Shown piece after piece: positions 8,900 through 17,505 of a DNA stretch of 64,000 nt; within the stretch, counting starts at the first letter, position 1, and each line of letters starts with the position of its first letter. Both the position numbers and the translations under genes were made by a program. Where the stretch lies: assembly GCA_028716725.1 (NCBI GenBank), contig JAQUPG010000002.1:25824-89823 (forward strand), in the 5' to 3' direction. A model generated the notes under the pieces. It was not told the DNA's origin. It did not search any database and saw nothing but the letters and a program-made list of their open reading frames with translations. The stretch comes from Patescibacteria group bacterium (lineage in GTDB: Bacteria > Patescibacteriota > Patescibacteriia > Patescibacteriales > JAQTRU01).

Positions 8900-10642
8900 C
8901 TAACTTCTCTTTCTATAACTAGTATGCAGCACTTTATGTTCCAATTTACCCTGGCCTTCTAACCATTTTAAAACTTCTAAAACCCCCTTATTCTCATGGG
9001 CTTTTCTTATTTTTTTGCTTTTATCCAGCTTATACAAAGCAGCCGTTCTTTTTTTTCTGATTTCATCCGTGGTCGGAATCGGCTGGCCTCCCCCGCCAAT
9101 ACAACCGCCCGGACAGGCCATTACTTCAATATAGTCGTATTTATTTAGATTGGCTATGACCGGTTCTATATTGCCGATGCCGTTAACGACCGCCACTCTT
9201 AATTTTTTACCGGCCACGGGCACAATCGTTTCTTTCACCCCGTCCAGTCCGCGCACTTCTTTAAAATCAAGCCGGGTCGGGCAAATTTTTCTTTTATTTT
9301 TTCCGCAAGCTAAAAATTGGGCGGTGCGCAAGGCCGATTCCATCACTCCACCGCTGCCGCCGTAAATAACTCCGGCACCGCTATATTCCCCTAAAATATC
9401 ATCGGCTTTGGTCGGTTTTAATTTGGGGAAATTAATACGGTTCTTTTTTAAAAGCCAGGCCAGCTCCCTGGTGGTCAAAACGTAATCTACCGGGAAAAAT
9501 CCCTTTACTTTTAGTTCCGGACGCGTGGCCTCAAATTTTTTGGCGGTGCAAGGCATTACGGAAACGACTACAATATCTTTAGGGTTAATATTCATCTTAT
9601 CCGCCCAATAAGTTTTTACTATCCCGCCGAGATGAACATGGGGGCTACGGGCCGTAGTTAAATTGGGAATTAATTCCGGATGGTAAAACTCAACATATTT
9701 TACCCAAGCCGGGCAACAGGAGGTTATCATCGGCAACCTCTCCTCCCTTCCCCCTCCCCTAATTAGGGGAGGGTGGGGTGAGGTCTTTATTCGTTTCAAC
9801 AATTCTTCTGCTTCCACCATAGTCGTAACATCAGCCCCGAAACTAACATCAAAAATATAATTAAAACCAAGTTCTTTCAGGCCGGACACGATTTGACCGG
9901 TTAAAATTTCGCCATAAGCTAAATTAAATTCCTCGCCGATGCTTACCCGAATAGAAGGAGCAAATTGGGCGACAACAACTTTATTTTTGTTTTTCAGGGC
10001 TCTCTCCACCATTTCCCACTGGCTTTGTTCCTGGGCCGCCCCGACCGGGCAATGGACCGCGCATTGCCCGCAATAAATACAATCGATTTTTTTATCTTTA
10101 GTCGGCACTATCTCCTGGTCAATTCCCTTACCCTTCAACTCCAAATAATTAATATTTTGCAGAAGCGAACAGGCATCAAGGCAATTGCGGCAATCTATGC
10201 ATTGCGTGCCATCAATTTCCACGGCGTTGGCAAATTTATAAATTTTTCTTTTCCCCTTTCGGTCAGGAAAACGCTTTATTTCAATTTTATACCTTTCCGC
10301 CAAATCCAAAAGGCCACAATGCACATTCCAAATGCAAGTCGGGCATTTTTCAATATGTTCGGCAAAAATCAACTCAATATTTAAATTGCGCGATTTTTTA
10401 ACTCTTTCCGTATCAGTCCATATTTCCATGCCTTCCGCCACTGCCTTTTTGCAGGCTAGGGAAAGTTTTTTTCCTCCTTTAATCTCCACGACACAAATCC
10501 GGCAATTGCCTTTAATCGGAAAATCTGGATGGTGACAAAGTCCGGGAATGAATATCCCGTTTTCCCGCGCTACCTCCATGATAGTTCTACCGGGCAAACA
10601 ATTTATTTTTTTTCCGTTAATTTTTATTTCAATCTTTTTCAT
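8900..10642 (-). CDS. hydA: Group A [FeFe]-hydrogenase catalytic subunit
   Basis: H-cluster motifs ITSCCPAW, MPCTAKKFE, EVMACPGGCIGGGGQP; N-terminal [2Fe-2S], His-ligated [4Fe-4S] (HIEKCPTC...C) and 2x[4Fe-4S]. Confidence 0.96.
   Translation of the reverse strand: MKKIEIKINGKKINCLPGRTIMEVARENGIFIPGLCHHPDFPIKGNCRICVVEIKGGKKLSLACKKAVAEGMEIWTDTERVKKSRNLNIELIFAEHIEKCPTCIWNVHCGLLDLAERYKIEIKRFPDRKGKRKIYKFANAVEIDGTQCIDCRNCLDACSLLQNINYLELKGKGIDQEIVPTKDKKIDCIYCGQCAVHCPVGAAQEQSQWEMVERALKNKNKVVVAQFAPSIRVSIGEEFNLAYGEILTGQIVSGLKELGFNYIFDVSFGADVTTMVEAEELLKRIKTSPHPPLIRGGGREERLPMITSCCPAWVKYVEFYHPELIPNLTTARSPHVHLGGIVKTYWADKMNINPKDIVVVSVMPCTAKKFEATRPELKVKGFFPVDYVLTTRELAWLLKKNRINFPKLKPTKADDILGEYSGAGVIYGGSGGVMESALRTAQFLACGKNKRKICPTRLDFKEVRGLDGVKETIVPVAGKKLRVAVVNGIGNIEPVIANLNKYDYIEVMACPGGCIGGGGQPIPTTDEIRKKRTAALYKLDKSKKIRKAHENKGVLEVLKWLEGQGKLEHKVLHTSYRKRS
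9736..9784. repeat. Family C palindromic element in frame inside hydA
   Basis: ACCTC...CCCTCCCCTAATTAGGGGAGGG...GGGGTGAGGT; encodes TSPHPPLIRGGGREER. Confidence 0.85.
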
Positions 10643-11001
10643 AAACTCATTTGTTCATTTAACCAGCCCATAATAATTCCAACAATATAATCAACTTCTT
10701 CCTTTCTTAATTCCCGCCCAGCTTCTATTTTGTGCCATTTCGATAAACAGCCACGGCAACAGGTAGCAGTCGCATGCTGGGCAACAAATACCGGGTGCCC
10801 CCTCATGGGCGTTTGCTTGCCGTCATTTTTCGGATTAGTCGGAGCCAAACGATCTGCGATAAAATCATAAGCATGCTGCCGAATAATATTTTCACCCTTA
10901 TCCTCAAAATATTCTCTTTCTTTCTCTTTTAACTTAAAGCCTGACCTAAACTTTGATTTTTGCAACCGCGCTTTTATTTTCTCCCATCTTTCATTATTCA
11001 T
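10639..11001 (-). CDS. DUF4186 family protein
   Basis: NDGKQTPMRGHPVFVAQHATATCCRGCLSKWH signature. Confidence 0.9.
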   Translation of the reverse strand: MNNERWEKIKARLQKSKFRSGFKLKEKEREYFEDKGENIIRQHAYDFIADRLAPTNPKNDGKQTPMRGHPVFVAQHATATCCRGCLSKWHKIEAGRELRKEEVDYIVGIIMGWLNEQMSL

Positions 11002-11004
11002 AAG

Positions 11005-12051
11005 TCATCTAAAACATTCACAAATCGTTTTCTTATCTAGCTTTCTTAAGTTTATTTTACTGGCTGGCATCTTAACCAAAACGTTATTCAGGTATGATTT
11101 AATCGGCACTGGCACTACGATGCCCAAACCGCAGAAAGCTATTTCTTCTAAATTAGTAAGTAACTCAGAAAAAAGCTGCCAATCCGGATTAGGCAAATCC
11201 ATCATTTCCCTTAAGCGATAAACCCCCTCCCGGCAGGGCGTGCATTTTCCGCAGGATTCGTTAAGAAAGAAATCAAGCCAGCTTTTGATTAAGTTCTCTG
11301 GCTTGTGCTTCATCATGCTGTAAACGGTAATTGAACCGGCTCCGCTTACTGGCTGCCTTAATTGCCTGCTTCCCAAAACTTCTCCTGAGGCTTCTCCGCC
11401 CACCTGGACAAAAAAAGGAAACCTCGGGTAATTCTTAGTTTCCTTTAATATTTTTTCAATTGTCCAATTATCCGGAAAGAGAAAAACGCCGGTCCATAAA
11501 CAATCGCCGCTGATTGTATAAAATCTTTCTTTTTTATACTGATTCAGAGCCACTAAACTTACATTATAAAAAGTTTCTACGTTATTAATTAAAGTTGGGC
11601 AACCCCATAAACCACTAGTTTGCGGAAAGGGAGGACGTAGTCTTGGCTCGATCCGTTTGCCCTCAATGGCATTAAGCATTGAGCTTTCCTCTCCGCCGAT
11701 ATAACCACTCTCAATCGGTTTTATAAAAAATTCAATTGGCGCTTTATCTATTATCTTAATTAAATTTTTACTGAATTTTTTATGGTAATTATGATTTATA
11801 TAAATATAAGCCTTTTTGGCTTTTAAAAAATCAATGGCTATTTTTATGCCACCAATCACTTTTTCGGGAAAATTTTCTAAGATATAGCTGTCCTTGGCTA
11901 CTCCCGGCTCCCCTTCGGAAGCGTTGCAGACTACGTATTTCTTCGCGCCCTTGGCTTTCTTAACCGCCTTCCATTTGTCTGCTACCGGGAAACTAGCTCC
12001 GCCCCGGCCCACTAAACCAGCTTTTTTAATTTTAACCAAGATATCCATCAA
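11005..12051 (-). CDS. NuoF/HydB-like NADH-binding flavoprotein, compact form
   Basis: GLVGRGGASFP...KW, CNASEGEPG, GYIGGEES, NNVET, ESCGKCTPCREG...FCGLG. Confidence 0.9.
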   Translation of the reverse strand: MMDILVKIKKAGLVGRGGASFPVADKWKAVKKAKGAKKYVVCNASEGEPGVAKDSYILENFPEKVIGGIKIAIDFLKAKKAYIYINHNYHKKFSKNLIKIIDKAPIEFFIKPIESGYIGGEESSMLNAIEGKRIEPRLRPPFPQTSGLWGCPTLINNVETFYNVSLVALNQYKKERFYTISGDCLWTGVFLFPDNWTIEKILKETKNYPRFPFFVQVGGEASGEVLGSRQLRQPVSGAGSITVYSMMKHKPENLIKSWLDFFLNESCGKCTPCREGVYRLREMMDLPNPDWQLFSELLTNLEEIAFCGLGIVVPVPIKSYLNNVLVKMPASKINLRKLDKKTICECFR

Positions 12052-12053
12052 CT

Positions 12054-12140
12054 AATTTTCAATTTTCAATTTTCAATTTTCAATTATTTGAAAATTAAAA
12101 AATTAAAAATTGTTTGAAAATTAAAAATTAAGAATTAAAC
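12054..12140. repeat. Inverted heptamer tract (AATTTTC)n / (GAAAATT)n
   Basis: Four AATTTTC units followed by GAAAATT/AAAAATT units. Confidence 0.85.
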
Positions 12141-12165
12141 ATTCTTATTAATCCTAATAAAAAAT

Positions 12166-13203
12166 TTAAATTAACCTTTTCTTCCCTATATATTCGCACA
12201 ATTCGGCAAGCCGGCAGGAGTATCCCCATTCATTATCGTACCAGGCCACGATTTTGACTAAATCCCCGCCAATTACCTTGGTCAGGGATAAATCTACAAT
12301 CGCGCTAGCCGGATTGCCGATAAAATCCGAGGAAACCAACGGCTCTTCGGTGATTTCTAAAATATTTTTATATTTAGCGCTTCGGGAAAACTTTTTTAAA
12401 ATCTGGTTTACCTTTTTTTCTTCCGTTTTTTTACTGGTTATAAAAACAATATCACATAAGGAAACTACGGGTGTCGGCACCCTTATGGCCAGACCGTCGA
12501 ATTTTCCGGCCAAAGAGGGAATAGTTTTGGTTGTAGCAATGGCCGCCCCCGTCGTGGTCGGGACAATATTGGCCGCGGCTGCCCGGGCCCGGCGTAAATC
12601 TTTATGCGGCCCGTCCACGATATTTTGGTCGGCCGTATAAGAATGGACCGTAGTCATAATCGCTTTTTTAATTCCAAAATTCTGCCGGATTATATCAACC
12701 ACCGGCGCCAAGCAATTAGTCGTGCAGGAAGCCATGGAAATAACCTTATCGCCTTTACTTATTTTATTTTCGTTAACTCCCAAAACAATTGTTTTTACAT
12801 TTTCCGATTTAGCCGGCGCAGAAATTATAACTTTCTTCGCCCCGGCTTTTATGTGCGCCGCCGCTTCCTCTTTTTTTGTAAACCGGCCGGTGCATTCGAG
12901 GACTATATCCACATTTAACTCGCGCCAGGGCAGTTTAGCCGGATCTTTTTCCGCCAGCACCTTGTATTTCTTCCCGGCCACAATCAAATCATCGCCTTTA
13001 AAGCCGACGCTTGATTTATACTCTCCATAGCAAGTATCATGCTTTAATAAATAGGCCAAAGTCCTGACATCGGTCAGGTCATTTATGGCAACAATTTTAT
13101 TTTTAGACTTTTGCGCTAAAAAAGCCTTAAAGGTGTTTCGGCCAATTCTCCCGAACCCATTAACCGCAATGTTCACCCCGTTAGATATTTTTATATTTTT
13201 CAT
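12166..13203 (-). CDS. gap: Type I glyceraldehyde-3-phosphate dehydrogenase
   Basis: NGFGRIGR, ASCTTNCLAP, WYDNEWGYS. Confidence 0.98.
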   Translation of the reverse strand: MKNIKISNGVNIAVNGFGRIGRNTFKAFLAQKSKNKIVAINDLTDVRTLAYLLKHDTCYGEYKSSVGFKGDDLIVAGKKYKVLAEKDPAKLPWRELNVDIVLECTGRFTKKEEAAAHIKAGAKKVIISAPAKSENVKTIVLGVNENKISKGDKVISMASCTTNCLAPVVDIIRQNFGIKKAIMTTVHSYTADQNIVDGPHKDLRRARAAAANIVPTTTGAAIATTKTIPSLAGKFDGLAIRVPTPVVSLCDIVFITSKKTEEKKVNQILKKFSRSAKYKNILEITEEPLVSSDFIGNPASAIVDLSLTKVIGGDLVKIVAWYDNEWGYSCRLAELCEYIGKKRLI

Positions 13204-13245
13204 ATATTTTTTATGACCCCCGCTAAATTCAAATATCCAACGGGG
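13176..13245. mobile_element. Miniature inverted-repeat element (family A) over the gap start
   Basis: CCCCGTTAGATATTT...AAATATCCAACGGGG, 70 bp, flanks TTCA/TCCA. Confidence 0.75.
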
Positions 13246-13347
13246 TCCATATGTTTTTTATTTTTAATAATTATATAAATATTATAGCATAAAATAAAAA
13301 GAAATAAAAAAATACCCTGTTTTCACAAAGTATTTTTTATATACCAA

Positions 13348-14211
13348 TTATTTTTTCTTATTTCTATTTAAATCAACCTCTACAATACCGCCCTCTTCTC
13401 CCTTCTCTCCCGGAAACTGTACCCTTACCGATTGTTTTAGGATATGGTGCCCAACTACCGTTCCCCTTTTCCCGTCAACGTTTACCTTTGTCCCGAGGGG
13501 CGGCATATTCTTGGCTAACTCTTCATAGCCCTTTTCCTCAAAAGCCAGGCAGCACATTAAGCGACCGCACATGCCGGAAATGCGCTCACTGCCGCGGTGG
13601 ACGACCTGCTGGACTTCGGCCATTTCCGAAGTTATGGAAGCCAAATCCCCCAAAAACCTTTTGCAGCATAATTGCCGGCCGCAGGGCCCGTAATCGCCTT
13701 TTATTTTAGCTTCATCCCTGATGCCGATTTGATACAGCCTTATGGTTTTATTAAAATGACGGGTTAAATCTTTCACTAATTCCCGGAAATCAACCCGGCC
13801 GTCGGCAATAAAAGCAAAAGTGACTTTCGAGCCGTCAAAAGAAAAATTGACGTCAACCAGCTTCATTTCCAGCTGATTTTTTTCTACCATCTTCCGGCAG
13901 TATTCCAGAGCTTCTTCTTTATCTTTAGAACTGGCCCTTTTTCCCAAATCAAGGGGAGTGGCTTTTCGTATTATCGGCTTTATTGCCTTTTTGGTTTCCT
14001 GGTTTTTTTCTTCCTCCCCGCTCTCTTTATCGGGAATTTTCTCCTCAACCAACTCCGTCTCTTCAGCTTCGGCAAAGCCGACAACTTTCCCGATTTCCAT
14101 GCCCAAATCAGTCTTAACGATGACATTATCGCCCAAAACCAGAGTTAAATCGGCCTGGTCAAAATTATAAATTTTATCCCAGGGGGCAAATTGTACTTGG
14201 ACCATCTTCAT
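13348..14211 (-). CDS. ricT: PSP1-domain protein (RicT/YaaT family)
   Basis: GRVDFRELVKDL, QIGIRDEAK, GPCGRQLCC, ISGMCGRLMCCL. Confidence 0.92.
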   Translation of the reverse strand: MKMVQVQFAPWDKIYNFDQADLTLVLGDNVIVKTDLGMEIGKVVGFAEAEETELVEEKIPDKESGEEEKNQETKKAIKPIIRKATPLDLGKRASSKDKEEALEYCRKMVEKNQLEMKLVDVNFSFDGSKVTFAFIADGRVDFRELVKDLTRHFNKTIRLYQIGIRDEAKIKGDYGPCGRQLCCKRFLGDLASITSEMAEVQQVVHRGSERISGMCGRLMCCLAFEEKGYEELAKNMPPLGTKVNVDGKRGTVVGHHILKQSVRVQFPGEKGEEGGIVEVDLNRNKKK

Positions 14212-14224
14212 ATAATCGGAAAAA

Positions 14225-15031
14225 TTACAGGCTGTATCTTAAAAATTTTTCTACTTTTACCTCGCCTAAAATATCTTTCACTTTCTTTTTGTCGTCCTTT
14301 ATATATTCCTGTTCGAGAAGGCAAACTTCCTCAAAATATTTGTCTAATTTCCCGGCAATTATTTTTTCCATTATCGGTTCGGGCTTGCCTTCTTTCGCTA
14401 AATTCTCCCGGTAAATTTCCTTCTCTTTCTCTACCTCCTCCGGCAATACCTGCTCCCGGTTCAAATAACGGGGACTGGCCGCAACCACCTGCATGGCCAT
14501 ATCTTTGGCCAGCTCGTTCTCTCCGGCTTTATCTAAACTCAATAAAACCCCAATCCGACCGGCCGCATGGGAATAAGCCGCCACGCAAGCGCCGGTTAAG
14601 ACGGCAAACCTTTTAATCCCTAATTTTTCTCCGATCGTGCCGCTTAAGCTATCCAAACTCTCTTTTACCGTCCCTCCGTCCATCGTTTGATTCATAAGTT
14701 CATCCAAATCTTTCGGTTTATTATTCTTAACCACATTAAATACCGCCTCAGCCAATTTTTGGAATTTTTCATTACGGGCGACAAAGTCAGTTTCCGAATT
14801 GATTTCTAAAATATAGCCCTCATCGCCGGCATCGTTAGCCGCCACTAAAACTATGCCTTCGCCGGCCTCCCGCTCGCTTCTTTTAGCCGCCTTGGCTATT
14901 CCTTTCTTTCTTAAAATTTCGACTGCTTTCTCTATGTCGCCTCCGGATTCTTCCAAGGCTTTTTTGCAGTCAACCATACCGGCCCCGGTTCTTTCGCGGA
15001 GCTGTTTTATATCCTCCATTTTTATTTCCAT
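14225..15031 (-). CDS. tsf: Elongation factor Ts
   Basis: IKQLRERTGAGMVDCKKAL, EINSETDFVARN. Confidence 0.98.
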   Translation of the reverse strand: MEIKMEDIKQLRERTGAGMVDCKKALEESGGDIEKAVEILRKKGIAKAAKRSEREAGEGIVLVAANDAGDEGYILEINSETDFVARNEKFQKLAEAVFNVVKNNKPKDLDELMNQTMDGGTVKESLDSLSGTIGEKLGIKRFAVLTGACVAAYSHAAGRIGVLLSLDKAGENELAKDMAMQVVAASPRYLNREQVLPEEVEKEKEIYRENLAKEGKPEPIMEKIIAGKLDKYFEEVCLLEQEYIKDDKKKVKDILGEVKVEKFLRYSL

Positions 15032-15053
15032 ACTATTTAAAATATTAAATTTA

Positions 15054-15758
15054 TTAATTTTTATCTTTTTCCGCTTCTTTTTTCCCCTCCTCTATTGCCT
15101 CCTTAACTGAAGCAAGAATTAACTTTATTGTTTTTGTCGCGTCATCATTGGCTGGGATAATATAATTAACCGGCTCGGGATTGACGTTTGTGTCGCAGAT
15201 GGCGATAATCGGAATATTTTTTTTCCTGGCTTCCTCAACCGCGGTTTTCTCTTTTTTAATATCCCAGACAAACAAAGCATCAGGCAGCTTATTTAACCCG
15301 ACCAAACCTCCGACTTTTATTTCCAACCGGCCGATTTCCTTATCAAAGTCCACCCTTTCTTTCTTGGTATACTTTTCCAATTTTCCCGTTTTTCTTTTAT
15401 CAACCAGATCCTGGTATTTTTTTATCGTTTTTTTAATAATGTAAAAATTAGTCAGGCATCCGCCCAGCCATTTTTCCGAAACATAAGGCATGCCGGTCTC
15501 CTCGGCCATTTTCTTCAAGGGGATTTTTACCTGATTCTTGGTCCCGACAAATAGGACCACTTTGCCTTCGCTAACCATTTTTTTTATAAAATTCAAAGCC
15601 GCTTCCAGCATTTTTTGCGTCTTTGTCAAATCAATGACATAAACGCCTTTTCTGGAAGTAAAAATAAACGGCTTCATTTTCGGATGCCAGCGGCTGGTGT
15701 GATGCCCGAAGTGCATGCCCGCCTTAAGCATCTCTTCTAAACTTGGAATCTTTACCAT
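15054..15758 (-). CDS. rpsB: 30S ribosomal protein S2
   Basis: MLKAGMHFGH...WHPKM, WLGGCLTN, PANDDA; true start taken as MVKIPS at 15758. Confidence 0.97.
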   Translation of the reverse strand: MVKIPSLEEMLKAGMHFGHHTSRWHPKMKPFIFTSRKGVYVIDLTKTQKMLEAALNFIKKMVSEGKVVLFVGTKNQVKIPLKKMAEETGMPYVSEKWLGGCLTNFYIIKKTIKKYQDLVDKRKTGKLEKYTKKERVDFDKEIGRLEIKVGGLVGLNKLPDALFVWDIKKEKTAVEEARKKNIPIIAICDTNVNPEPVNYIIPANDDATKTIKLILASVKEAIEEGKKEAEKDKN

Positions 15759-15769
15759 AATTTTCTTTT

Positions 15770-15840
15770 TTGCCTCTATTCTGCAAAAATCCCGATCCCG
15801 AGTACTCGGGAGGGACAAAGAAAAATTAGCAGAATATGAG
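15770..15840 (-). promoter_or_regulatory. Probable rpsB leader RNA (t44-like autoregulatory stem)
   Basis: TATTCTGC...GCAGAATA stem followed by GAGGC just upstream of rpsB-tsf. Confidence 0.5.
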
Positions 15841-15858
15841 AGATTATTAAATAATAAA

Positions 15859-15908
15859 CCCCGCACCTTTTGGATTGGGTATTAATCCCCGCCCAAAAAG
15901 GTGCGGGG
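15859..15908. mobile_element. Miniature inverted-repeat element, CCCCGCACC subfamily
   Basis: CCCCGCACCTTTT...AAAAGGTGCGGGG, 50 bp, perfect TAAA/TAAA flanking duplication. Confidence 0.8.
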
Positions 15909-15992
15909 TAAATAAAAAATGGCTATTCGCCATATAAATAAACTATAACATTTTAGTTTTTATGTCAAGCAATATGCAATATGCGACACAAA

Positions 15993-16553
15993 TTATGGGG
16001 CAACAAATTTCCCCACAAAATCATTTGCCGACACAGCTCCGAATTTCCGGGAATCGGCTGAATCGCCGATATTATCTCCGAAAATCAAAAATGAATTTGG
16101 CGGGATGTGCCCGTCTTTTATATATAAATCCATTATCTTTATTTCTTTTTCCGCAAATGTATATTCCTGCCCGGTGGAATTTTCCATAATTTCATCATTT
16201 ATTTTTAATCGGCCGCCGAAAATTTCCACTTTATCAGCGCTAGTGGCCCTGACAATCTTTATCAGGGGATTTTTATGGCCTCCGTAATTATAGGCGATAA
16301 CATCGCCTCTTTTCACGGAGTAGCCGCATTTATAATAATTTTCCAGCAGTATTATCTCCTCCCCATTGGCTATCATCGGCGCCATGGAATCGCCCTGAAT
16401 TATTTTTTCTTCTTTCTGAAAACAGCCGGATATGTCCGGCGCTTGGTTTGTTTTTATTTTTTTATAACTAAAAAAAATATAGGATGAGATAAACAGAATA
16501 AAAAATAAAAACAAAAATATTGCTATTTTATAAAATTTTTTAATATCTCCCAT
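15993..16553 (-). CDS. lepB: Signal peptidase I
   Basis: GDSMAP (Ser), RGDVI, LIKIV (Lys), GDNIGDSADSRKFG; one TM helix. Confidence 0.92.
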   Translation of the reverse strand: MGDIKKFYKIAIFLFLFFILFISSYIFFSYKKIKTNQAPDISGCFQKEEKIIQGDSMAPMIANGEEIILLENYYKCGYSVKRGDVIAYNYGGHKNPLIKIVRATSADKVEIFGGRLKINDEIMENSTGQEYTFAEKEIKIMDLYIKDGHIPPNSFLIFGDNIGDSADSRKFGAVSANDFVGKFVAP

Positions 16554-16565
16554 CTTTAAAAAAAT

Positions 16566-17341
16566 TTAATTACTGCAACATAATAGCGGGTAAGCGGAGG
16601 AATAGCAATCCACAGTCTGATAAATAAAACCGTTGTTCGTCCACTTGGCGATTGTCCCGTAATGGCCAGGTCCGGCATAAACCTCAAGTTTATAATCATT
16701 GCAGTCCGCCCCCTCCACATTAGCTACCATGTTTTTACCGGTTCTGACCCAGCCCCCTAAAGTAATGTTAGAATTATAAACAAAATACGTCGGGTCAAAT
16801 CTGCGACCTATAAATTCTTCGACATTGCATAAATGGTAACCGGTAAAATAATTCTCACAGGCATATTTGGCAAAAAATCCGTAGATTTGGCTGCTATTGC
16901 CCATCATATACGTTCCTGCTCCTCCGCCGTCAGCGGTAGCGACGGCATTATCCATATATGCCTTAGTTGTTAAATTATTAGCTGCCGTCGGAGCCGCCGC
17001 ACTAATATTCCCGGTAGCACTGATATTGCTAGAAGCATTAATACTTGAAGCATTGATATTCCCGGCCACATCCAATTTAGCCGCCGGGTTCGCGGTACCG
17101 ATTCCGACATTCCCATACTGGACAATTAAGACATTTTCCGCCTCAAAATCAGTACTTAAAATTAACCCGCCTATCTTACTTGTCCGGTAGCGCCCCTATT
17201 AATCGGGGTGGCAATATTACCTTCCGGAGGATTTCCGGCCGGAGCGGTCCAGGCAGCCAAAAGAGAGCCCAGGGAAATAGATAACCCCAAGGTTAGGATA
17301 ATGGAGAATATTAATATTAGAGAAAATTTTCGGGCAAGCAT
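16566..17341 (-). pseudogene. Secreted surface protein with Cys-rich C-terminal domain, split by a 1-nt frameshift near 17180
   Basis: Frame 1 MLARKFSLIL...AWTAPAGNPPEGNIATPINRGATGQ; shifted frame SKIGGLIL...GNVGIGTANPAAKLDVAGNI...LLCCSN; span of 776 nt is one short of 259 codons. Confidence 0.8.
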
Positions 17342-17355
17342 GGGGAATTATTTTA

Positions 17356-17458
17356 CAATTTTTAATTTTGTAATTTTTAAATAAACCTTAATTCCCAATT
17401 TTTGAAAATTAGGTCATTAAAAATTGATTAAAAATTTAAAATCGAGAATTGAAAATTC
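17356..17458. repeat. Inverted degenerate heptamer tract
   Basis: CAATTTT/TAATTTT units then GAAAATT/AAAATTG units. Confidence 0.7.
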
Positions 17459-17505
17459 CTATTGTTATTATACCACAAAAAAGATAAATAAACAAAATAC
17501 CACCC

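Noticed and set aside
15759-15866. N-terminal extensions of rpsB, parA, murB, htrA and purB in the ORF track
   Set aside because: The extensions run through leader RNA, promoters or repeat tracts; downstream ATGs match family N-termini.
16566-16900. Diversity-generating retroelement target
   Set aside because: The C-terminus is lectin-like, but no template repeat or reverse transcriptase is seen in the window.
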